Shown: positions 54,144-64,000 of the stretch, piece after piece
Layout: each line of letters begins with the position of its first letter
Numbering within the stretch: the stretch's first letter is position 1
Assembly: GCA_965153455.1 (NCBI GenBank)
Contig: OZ234494.1
Span: 10,044,001 to 10,108,000 of the forward strand
Length of the DNA stretch: 64,000 nucleotides
Direction of reading: 5' to 3'
From: Sphagnum compactum
Taxonomy: Eukaryota
The notes under the pieces: generated by a model
The model's database searches: none
What the model was told of the DNA's origin: nothing
Seen by the model: only the letters and a program-made list of their open reading frames with translations
Position numbers and translations under genes: made by a program

Positions 54144-55937
54144 TTAATATTTGGTATGCTCTTCCAGGGTTATGACTTGTGGTTGAGCAGAACCTGACAT
54201 GGTTGAGATGGCTTCACCAGTGAGAGCTAAGGAGTTCTTGGCAATGTGCATACTACTCTTCACCCCTTGCCACACCACCCAAGCAAAAGCAATCCAGCCT
54301 GCAAGGAAACAATGAAGGATGATTCCATGGTATGGACTCTTGGGATTGCACAAATTAACTGTGTACCATACCATGATGAGAGACCAGAGGGTCTCTATTC
54401 ATTTCTCCCAGGATGTTACCACAAGCCAACATTGATGAAAAATAAACTGTGATGATCAAAATCCTTGCATGAGAGGGATCAGCAGTTCAAACCTGTGACA
54501 AAAAGCACTGCACCAGCACACACAACTGTAGCTGTCCCTATGGCAAATGCAGCTGCAGTTAGAACTCCAACATAGATGAGTGTCAGGGCTGTGAAGAAAC
54601 AGGCAGTGAAGGCACCAACAGCTGATGCAGACATCAACAATCCAACCACCACAGCATTGGCTGTGGCTATGAGAAGAAACAGTGAGAATACGATAAACCC
54701 TGTTAGTGCGATCAGTAATACTAATCCCACCTGCAGTTGCCACAACAACCACAAGAGACGATTAGTCAGAACTTCAGTCTGAAATATTTCGCAACACCAT
54801 GGCTTGGAAACACCATTTAGCCAATCAAAGAACCAAACTTTGCCATGATTTTTTTCGGTGCATATATGCAACCATGAAAGCTGGAGACAACCAATACAAA
54901 ATCTGCAAGTGTAGTAGGCTAAGAGCATCTCCAGCAGTGCTCAGTATGTGACCCTGCAAACATATTTTTCACATCCAAGTTTAGTTAAATACTGTTTCCA
55001 ACCCCACCCATAAAACTAAATCTGGACTATATATAGGTGGGAGACTACTAATAGCAAACCACCTGGACCAATCATTCTGACTGGCCAAATCAGAAACAGC
55101 AAGCAGCAATCAGATCATATCTATTACACTTCTCTCTGGCAGGTGTTAGGCTTTGCTGTGCCTTTTACCAACCTCAGCAAATTGTGCAAAAATGCTGGAC
55201 CAAAACCATTTCACTGAGCCAAACTGGCATGTTTTGACATTTCTTCATCCAATTTTAGTTTGCAGGGTCGCATACTGAGCACCGGTAGAGTTGCTCTAAG
55301 ACTACCCTGACATAAAACACGGCTCCTCATTTCAGTATCATTTGGCCGTGTTCTCTCTGTTGAGGCCACCACTAAGGAGTAGTGTGTTGCAAAAGGAATC
55401 AAGGCAGAAAGTATGGGTCTTTGCCACACAAGACTCCCGAAAGCAAGTGAAGAGGACCCATCAATCAGATGCAAAATTCCAGCTTGCATTGTGAGATCTT
55501 CATGTTTGATCCAATACCCTACATTCTGGCAGATAGTTTGGAATCAAGGTTGCATCTTTGTGGGAGAAAAAACCCTAAAAACAGAAATCCGTGCATCTGT
55601 AGAGCAAGAATCGTATATACACATTTCGGACAAAAAAGTGAGAAAAGAGAACAAAAAAACTCACAGAAGAGACTAACAGTTTGCGCCAAAATCCACCCTG
55701 ATTCATCCAGATCATGACGTTGCCAGACGCATGGCCAATAGCCTTGTTCAGGCGAGGTCCCTTGGCGCGGACTACGGCCTGCGTCCGCTCAACCCAAGAC
55801 TGCTTTCCACCATTCCGTAGTGAATCCCCGATCTCGCAAGCCAACTCCTTCACGACGGCCACCACACTTTCCCCACCTGACTCCATATCCCAGCTCCAAG
55901 GCTTGACTTGTTTCCCTCCTTGTGCCATTAGGGTCAT
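54144..55937 (-). CDS. LDIP: LDAP-interacting protein / promethin-like lipid-droplet protein, 3 exons, 221 aa
   Basis: Exons 55937-55665, 54730-54493 and 54298-54144 total 666 nt with GT..AG boundaries and compatible phases. The long hydrophobic core LTGFIVFSLFLLIATANAVVVGLLMS..GAF.ACFF..L..IYVG.L..AAFAI..AT......VL..TGWIAF.WVVW.G.K.S...AK.S...TG.AIS matches plant LDIP as I recall it. Confidence 0.85.
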
Positions 55938-56424
55938 GGCAAACCGCTTGCTGTTCGGAAGCTCTTGGCAAACAAAAAACAAAACCCTAGAACTTGCTAG
56001 CAAACCTGAATGGAAATGAGTGTTCTTTGGTGCGTTGGAAACGGAACAAACAGTACTTTCTCACACACACCACTATCTTTACTGCTAGTTTTCAATGCAA
56101 ATCAATAGAAATTGGTAAAGAGACTAGGTTTCGGGGCTACCTATGCAGAGACCCAATTGCAGGCAGAAGGCGATGTTGGGTAGGGACAACAATGGGAAAA
56201 AAAAACATGGGAATGTTGCACTGTTGCTGTAGAGATGATATAGTAAATAATGGAGGAAATGGGTGTGAGAGTTTTGTGGCCACTCACCTGTGGTGGTGCT
56301 GTTCATGCAGGCTTTCCAAGTGAAAAATCCAAAGTCTTCCATAGCTTTATGAGGTGTCCCTAGATACACCTGACCGGTTTGAGTGTCGTGTTCTTGTAGC
56401 TTTTGAGATTTTTTTCCCTCAGTT

Positions 56425-56575
56425 AAGTGGGACAGGCAGCCATCCGCCGGTTCCACTATTTGTTCTTGCCAGTTCCACTTTCAGGTACCCTTTTGGGGCT
56501 TTTCACAAGTGGGACAGGCAATCATCCGCTGGTTCCGTTGTTTGCTGTGCCAGTTCACTTTCACATACGTTTTCA
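56425..56575. repeat. Degenerate tandem duplication, ~82 bp x 2, upstream of LDIP
   Basis: AAGTGGGACAGGCA..CATCCGC.GGTTCC occurs at 56425 and 56507. Confidence 0.7.
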
Positions 56576-57279
56576 GGTCGTCTTTACCAGAGTAGGACGG
56601 GTATCAACTTAATTTGATACCAGCTGCTACTGGTGTTGCCACATTTTTGAAATTTTAGATACCCGCCTGGTACCAATGTTGGCTATTTGAAAAAAATTAG
56701 ATACCAGTCTGGTACTTGTATGAGGCTCAATACTGATTTTGGGCAGGTATATGGCAGGTATATAGACTGGTATGAGACGGGTATTACTTAAAATCCCTAC
56801 CAGCTGGTACTGGTATTAAGCTGGTACCAGACTTAGGTCATACTAGACTGGTCTGGAATTTGATACCAGTGTTCATACCAGTAAAGAAAACTGATTCTCA
56901 CAATCGGTTCTCATTCATGTAAGAGCCGGAGGTTGATTCTCCATCCAGTTTTCACAATCAACCATGTCAACTGGTTCTCACTGTAAGAACCGGTCTGAGA
57001 ACCAGGTCAAGATTCGAGAACCACCCAACATTGGTAAATACCAATGTTGGTCATGTATATAGGGTCAGAGACTGGTATCAATATTTTTTATTTTGGAGAA
57101 CCGGACATGTTCTCTTAGAGAATTTTCATTCGGTTCTCAGTAGTTTAGGGTTTAAGATTCTTAAACAGTTGCTATTGCTGAGGGAGGCGAAGGCGTTGTT
57201 TAGGGTTAGGGATAAATAAAGTGTATAAAAATGAGCCCAAGTTTCATTTTTGGTCATAGTGATTTTTTTTGTGTCTTTT

Positions 57280-57740
57280 AGTGCTCTTGTTATGTTCATT
57301 TCGTGCTTGTTGGTTGGTGTTCTTGCTTTGTGTTGCTATTGCTAGATCTCAGTTTTTTATGTTGCTCCTTTCATGTTGCTCCTTTTATGTTGTTCCTTTC
57401 GTGTTGCTCTTCACGTTGTTGCTCCTCGTGTTGCTTCTCATGTTATTGCTCCTCGTGTTGTTCTTCTTGTGTTGCTCCTCTCATGCTACTCCTCACAAGT
57501 TGTCGTTCCTCTCGTTGCTATTCCTCACGTTATCCCTCTTCACGTTGCTACTTTTTTTCCTATTGTCGTTCCTCTCGTGCTATTACTTTTCTTGCGTTAC
57601 TCTTCTCAACCTATCGCTCCTCTCACACTGTCACTCCCTTCAAGTTGCTCTTTTTGCACCATCGTGCGTTTTAGGTACTTGTGAGCCCAACCTCTATTGT
57701 TCTTCTCGTGTTGCCATTGTTGTTCTTCTTACGTTGTTGT
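57280..57740. repeat. Low-complexity minisatellite (TCGTGTTGCTCC-like, ~15-bp units)
   Basis: Recurrent GTTGCTCCTC/GTTGCTA units that produce spurious Leu/Cys/Val-rich ORFs in all three frames. Confidence 0.8.
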
Positions 57741-59848
57741 TTTATTTTGCTTTGTTAGTATGGTACTTCCCTTGCCCTTGTCATGTGCAGGTCGAAGTTT
57801 GGAGCTTCGACACCAACTTGAGCACCATAGGTAAGTTCTTTTGCATATCTTTTATTTTTTGATTTTTTTTTGGGTTGTGGCTTTGCTTTTTGTTTGTTTG
57901 CATTGTTTTTACTTTTGTTGTTTTTTTTGTTGTTGCTACACTTGCGTTTTTGCTACTTTTTCTTTGGGGTTCATTTTGTGATTTTTTTTTCATTATGTAG
58001 CAATTTTTTAATTCATGTGTTTTGTTGTTTCCTTTTTTTGCAGGATTTCTTAAAATTAAACATAAATTATAAATGTTTTTCACCCAAAAACCCCATACTT
58101 TTTCCACTTAAATCCTTAAACATTTTTTGAAAGTTTAGAAATATACATATCTTATTTTTGTAAAATCTTACAAGATAGATTGCATTTTGTAATTGCTTGT
58201 AAATGTTAGTTTTTAATCTTTGATAGATTGCATTTTGTAATTGTTTGTAAATGTTAGTTTTTAGTCTTTGATATGAGCATATAATTGTTTAGTTTTTTTC
58301 ACTACTCATTAAGGCAATTATATATATTAAAGGACGTCAGAAGCTTCCCCTTAATCCGTCCCGTCATCCAATCGAACAGACAATTCATGCATCCCGTCAT
58401 CTGTCCAACTCTGTATTCCTTCGTATTGATTGGATGTGCCAATTCTCTCCACCAATGCAAAAGTTCCACGTAAGTATTGACTAGGCCGATTGGCCCAACC
58501 GGCTGCGGGCAGGCGGTTGAGAGGCCATCCGGCACCCGTGTGCACGCGAACACATTCACACTGCACGAGGGTTGCCATAGCTGCTGCTGCCGCCCTCGCG
58601 AGCTCCCGCGCAGCAGACGCTTCTTCCCTCAGGAATCCATTCGGGCCTTCTCCTCCTAGCTTTCGCAAAATCGCATGCGTGTGCTCGAGCTCCATGATCA
58701 CTCGGTGGTTAGATGCTGCTGCTACTTCTGCTCTTTCTTTAGTATCAACAACACCTCAAGCAAGGTTGGGGCCCACTTATTTTAATGTGGTTTCTCTCTC
58801 AGGTCCTTGATGATTATTACAATCTTTATGATATTTATGCTGCTCAAGCTTCTGCCTCGAAACCTGTGTCTTCTTGCTGTTGGACAAAGGAGATCGATGA
58901 CATCGATTCATGCAGGCCACCAGAACGTGTCGTCCTTGGGTTGGTTTTGCTCAATCCCAACCACATCTGATTTTCTGGCCAGGTAAAATCTTCTACTTTC
59001 CTTAATGCAAATTTTGGTTTTCTTATTATTAGTACCTGTGCAGTGTGCAGTATTGGTTCCTGTTGTCAGTAGTTATAAAGGAATATGTAGGTAGTGCGCT
59101 TTGCAAACTTCGGTTCTCGGTCTAAAGGTCACCGAATTAAATACTTCTTTATCAATAAAACCAGCAGCAAGGGAAGTTGTTGGCTATATTCTATTGGGAT
59201 TTAGGGTTATATTGGAAAGAACATGGTGTTTTTAAAACTTTTTTTGGGAATGTTGTTCAGATTCTTATCCCTGCAAATATAATCCAAATTGTAACTTAAA
59301 GGAGCGGCAGCACAATATAATAGAATAGTCATTGGTTGCTACTGACCAAATCCTTCAATTGATATAATCAACTAGTCACTTTCTCCATAGAAAAAGATGT
59401 GGCAGGAGGGAACCTGTGAATAATTACAGGAGGTAACATGCATTATAGCCCTGTTCTGCCTGACCAGCCAAGCTCCAGAGCAGATACCAAGTCATCTTCA
59501 TGGATGTATGTGGTATTTCCATGTCTCATCTGGAGCCTAAACAATGGCCAGGGTGGGAGCACACACACCACCCTGGATTCCACCCTTTGTGGTTCTAACA
59601 TATTTTCCAAAGACTTTCTGAATGTCATACACAAAAAGGGAAATGATACAGAACATTTGTGGATAACACCCTGCTTTTAATAATAGTTTGGGATAGTTGC
59701 ATGCACCCAAAATACTTGTACAAATAGCAGATGCTCCAAATTCGAGAGCAACCAACAGGATGCCAGTGACATCCACTTCAAAGTTACTGCATGGATCATT
59801 AATTACCCATTTCACTCCTTATTTACAGTTTGATTGTTTGTTCTACAG

Positions 59849-60575
59849 GTAATTCCAAATAATTTGAATCCTATGTGGAACCAGACATTTCACTTCTTTG
59901 TGGCAAATGTTGTTCAAGATATGCTTATAGTGGAGGTGTGGGACAAAGACACATTTGGCAAGGTTCTTCCTTTCCTTCACCACAAATTTCATTACCTGTT
60001 GTAAACACAACAAGAAACTTAGTTTGCAGTTCATTTGCTGCAGTGTGACACATCAATTTAATAATGATCAAGAGGTAGCAGTCGATGAATATAGAGTTTT
60101 TGGTAACTGCTTTTCTTTGGCTTGATGGAGAATAAATCCAGCCACATGGAGAGATGTACTTGACAGCATAAATGGCATTTCATGATTCCAATCCAGAGAC
60201 TGTGTTCCTGAACTTGCAACAATAGGATTTCACCTCAGAAGGTGGGACGTGAAGGCATAGTTGATGCACCAAGCTACCTGTTTCCAAAACCTTACATGCT
60301 TGCCAAAATTCTGGCAAGGAAAACCTTTGAACCTGAAATGCCTGCCCACTCCTTCCAGTGATTATTTTCCCCAAATAAGCTCTAAACAATTGTATTAGGA
60401 TTGACCACAGGACTTCATGGGGACAAGTGCAATGACGTTGACAAAAGTATTGCAAGAGGAAGAGCTAACTACAGATGTTAGGCTCAAGGGTGTTGAAATT
60501 GGTCGACTGTTCCTGGGCTTGAAGTGGGGTCGAATCACAGGGAACCACCGACTGTCAACACCAACTCTTGAATGA
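59849..60575 (+). pseudogene. Orphan last two exons of a plant synaptotagmin (SYT4/5-like) C2B domain
   Basis: Exon 59849-59962 encodes VIPNNLNPMWNQTFHFFVANVVQDMLIVEVWDKDTFGK. Exon 60411-60575 encodes DFMGTSAMTLTKVLQEEELTTDVRLKGVEIGRLFLGLKWGR...*. Both have intact AG/GT sites and a phase-0 intron. No upstream SYT exons were found. Confidence 0.82.
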
Positions 60576-60947
60576 CCAACCACCAGTTAATTCCCCCCCC
60601 CACCCAAAAACACCTATCCAGTCCCTCTTTGTCATTTAATAAGTAAATCCAATATTACACAGTAAGTTAATCACATTCAAATGAGAGAAGATGGATTTTG
60701 ATAAGTCCATACAATACTGCTTTGAAATACTCTCTCTTTCTCTCTCACTCTCACACACACACTTTTTCTTCTTCTCTATTGTGATCTTTGCAGGAATCAA
60801 CAACACCTCGAGCAAATAAGTAAGTACAAACTAATAAGCCATGGAATTTCATTTCCTCCGCCACCTTGGGGATTGATTTTGGCTCACATTTTGACACTAG
60901 TAGCGCTGCTTGCACAATTCTTCAGTTGATGTAGCTAGACTTCAACA

Positions 60948-62200
60948 ATGTCCACACACACGGCACCAGCACAGAAGAGTGCAGGAGAAACCCCCCGCCC
61001 CAAGATGCCCGAAGACATACAAGAACGTATGCGTGGACTCATTGCGCAACATGGTAGTGCTTTGGCTGCTTTGACGGCCCTTTGGCAGCCCTAGAAGCTT
61101 AACGGAATGACAAGCAAACTAACTTTTTGGAAAATCCTTTTCCACATATTGATGTTCCAGCAGAATTCAATCAAAGCACGTCAGAATCTGCACATGAACG
61201 TCGCAATCGCCTACAGAGAGAACGGCGTGCTAAGCAACGTGAACAGCCTTCTCTTCGCAATGACGCATTACAATTGTTTGGAGACGAAGATGCGTCAGCC
61301 CCGGGACGATGGGATTGTGGACAAATGGACACAATACGTGGATTCTGTAGCGCGAAAATGTGGATCAAAGAACGATCGGCAAAGTTGAGGAACAACAACC
61401 CACAATTTTCTTTGTGTTGCGAGAATGGCAAAGTTCTGTTGCCGAATCTTCCTGCAACACCGTAAGAGCTGGAAGTTCTTTTAACCAACAAAGAGAGCAG
61501 TGCCATCAAATTTTGAAATCAGATTCGCATGTACAATTCGGTGTTGGCATTCACTTCGCTTGGTGCCAAAGTTGATGAGTCGGTAACAAGAGGCCCTGGA
61601 CCGTACCCCTTTCGCATTCAAGGTGAACTTTATCACAAAATCGGATCCCTCTGTCCAGCCGAAGGACAACGGCCACAATTTGCATAGCTGTACATTCATG
61701 ATACGAAACGCGAACATCAAAACCGCCATGCCGTTATGCCCTCGCTTGATCCAACGACGTTGGATCGGTTGTTGACCATGATGTACAATATCAATCCTTC
61801 TGTCGAAGTGTTCAAAATGGCAAGGGATATGATGGCAACAGGAGGTGCTCCCATGGATCTGAAATTGCGTCTCATTGCTTTTCGAACAAAGGATGCCCGC
61901 CGATACAATGTGCCGACGATCGATGAAGTCGCTGCATTGATGGTAGGAGATGGTTCTGAGGCTGTAGACAGATGTGACATCGTCCTTGCTTAGCAAGCTG
62001 GCCCGTTTCAGCGCATTTCTGAACTAGATGTAGGATACATGGCTTTACATTATCCGTTGCTATTTCCTTACGGTGAGGATGGATGGCATCCGAATATTTT
62101 GCTCAATGGTGTTGTTGTTGATGTAGATTTGGATGAAGACCATGCGGAAGAATATGAGCTTCAATTGCGTTGCTTCGGGGTGACCGATTGTGGCATCAAT
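60948..62200 (+). pseudogene. Helitron Rep/helicase N-terminal region, disabled
   Basis: FCSAKMWIKER..FSLCCENGKVLLP, F*NQIRMYNSVLAFTSLG, GPYPFRIQGELYHKIGSL, PQFA*LYIHD, RRYNVPT.DEVAALM and YMALHYPLLFPYGEDGWH. Stops at 61463, 61514, 61685 and 61991. Confidence 0.9.
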
Positions 62201-63770
62201 GTGTAGCAAAAACAATTTCTGAAAGATTTGATTATTTTAATTGTAAAAAACCATCTTCCTTTACAATTTGTAAATAGTAGTTAGTTAAAAAGATTTAGTA
62301 TGCATTTATGTCTAATAATTATTTTTCCTTTTAAAAATAAAATTTTAATGAATTACTGCCTGAATTAGTGGAAAAAAACTACACAATTATATGTTTTACC
62401 AACCTTAATAGAATGTCATTTTGCAACTACAAGTTTTGATATGTGGATGTCAAAAGTTGGACATGATATTTTTGCATTAGTGATTAAATTTTTAGGAGAT
62501 GATTGGTAGCCAAAGCACATTACCCTTGGTCTTTTTGAACCAATAGACACTACTCGACAAACTTTGGCTAAAAAATTGACAGATTGTTGGAAGTTATGCA
62601 TTGAAGAAAAAAATTATTGTTTATGTCAAGGATGAGGGATCTAATCTGAACACTATGACTATAACCCAAAAATCAATTGTGAGTTGTTATATGTTGGGTT
62701 CGGAGGAAAGTTTTCAAAGCGTTTGTTTTGGGCATGCATTTTCCAAGACTTGCCAATATGCTACAAAAGAAGAAAAAGTCTACAAAGACTTACAATATGT
62801 GTCAATAAAATCTGTTCAAGGAGATTTGCAAAAATGCATAACTTGGCCAAAAAAAATCTAGAAAGGGTAAGCAAGAATGGGAAAATGCATGTGTAAATTT
62901 AGGTCTTCCCCCTCAGAAAATTGTATACTCCAGTGAAGATAAGATAAATTTTTAGTTTTTTAGACTTTTTTATGTGCACATTTTTTGTCAATTTTCACTT
63001 TGCATAAACCTTTTTTCATTGTTTTTCAACTTTTATTGTGCATATTTGAACATTTTCTTTTGCTATTGTAGATTTGTTAGCAAAGTTATCCTTTTCTAGG
63101 AAGCTTTGCAGTTCAAAGAAGTAATTATATTATGTTACAATGGGTAGAATTTTGTGAGATTGAGTGCAAGAGTACCACCTCTTTTGACATGGCACATTTG
63201 TTGCATCATTGTTGATTCTCTTGGCCTTGTTGTGTTTGTTTGTATTTTGAACCATCTAGGGGTCATTGGTGTTAAGTGATGCACTAAATTTTGCCATATC
63301 TATGAGTCTAAAATTCAGGGATGAAATTGATTCTGCAACCTTTGACAACTTCATGGAAGAAGATGGAAATGTTGTTTATAAGTTGTCATGTTTGGCCTCC
63401 AATATAAAGAAGGAAGTTATTTAGGTTTTGGATTCTTTTCTTTCTTTTTTAAAAAAATATGAGGAAAGAAAGGCCCATAATATGCTTTTTTTAATGTTGG
63501 ACCCTAGGTTTAAAACTTTTTGTCTTGTGTCCTCACTTATTGGTCGTGAACAAGGTACGACAATTGTTGAAAAATATGACAAACAATCTTTATTTCTTAT
63601 GCTTCTTAAATGTTATTATCATTTGCATCCATTGATTGAATCTGAAAACGGTGTTGTTGATCAAAAGGTTGAAGATGATAAAAGTTTGGATATCTTTGAG
63701 ATGACAATCAACATAAGTGAACCAACAATAGAATTGGTCAATAGAGAGTTTTTGATTTTGAAGGAGCTTT
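62200..63770 (+). mobile_element. Degenerate hAT transposase remnant with an apparent intron (~62945-63071)
   Basis: TTSFDMWMSK, KHITLGLFE, YVKDEGSNL, CFGHAFSK.CQY, KCITWPKK and AHNMLFLMLDPRFK. A T-rich non-coding gap ending TTGTAG separates the two coding halves. Confidence 0.8.
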
Positions 63771-64000
63771 TGAAAGGGACGAAGTTGTGGAGTTGTAAAT
63801 TTTGAATAATTTTTCCCCCAAATTTCCATGTATTTTTAAATTGTAAAAAAATATTTTAATTAATAAAGGAATTAAATAATTATTAATTTAAATATTAATT
63901 TCCAAAAGAATGAAAACTGGGTTGTGAGAACTAGACAAGAGAACCAACTGTTATCATATATGCAAGAATCGCCCTAATTGAGAATCGGGTGCATTTGGAA

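Larger units (their letters stand above)
58318..62200 (+). mobile_element. Helitron, 5' portion (truncated), with captured host exons
   Basis: The Rep-associated N-terminal region is clear from ~60948 onward. The candidate 5' terminus A|TTATATATATTAAAG at 58318 resembles a TC-TATA Helitron start with the C mutated, and composition switches there. The 3' part is replaced by a hAT remnant. Confidence 0.6.

Noticed and set aside
55483-55548. FDPIPYIL peptide as a possible second exon of the 39847 gene
   Set aside because: Weak acceptor, only superficial similarity, and it would be nested antisense in LDIP intron 1 about 15 kb away.
57269-57862. Overlapping Leu-, Cys/Ser- and Val-rich ORFs up to 197 aa
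   Set aside because: By-products of a minisatellite that is open in all three frames.

Overview
Eukaryotic land-plant genomic DNA with intron-containing genes in a repeat-rich background. A bryophyte such as Sphagnum is my inference from gene and repeat content and is not verified. Three apparently intact genes are present: CENP-O (+, 715-2891, 5 exons), a JAZ/TIFY jasmonate repressor (+, 32983-35908, 7 exons, unusual SP-rich heptad C-terminal tail) and an LDIP/promethin-like lipid-droplet protein (-, 55937-54144, 3 exons). There is also an orphan first exon of a probable plastid protein (39847-40259). The rest is largely transposon-derived: a near full-length but disabled APE-RT LINE (RTEX-like, ~19239-24396), a degenerate CRE-like RLE non-LTR element (~15300-18480), several hAT transposase remnants, small hAT-type non-autonomous elements with GTN4AC flanks, two copies of a tRNA-derived SINE, many short tandem arrays, and a Helitron (~58318-62200) that appears to carry captured synaptotagmin C2-domain exons with their intron. 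All family assignments come from motif recognition by eye; no database search was run.
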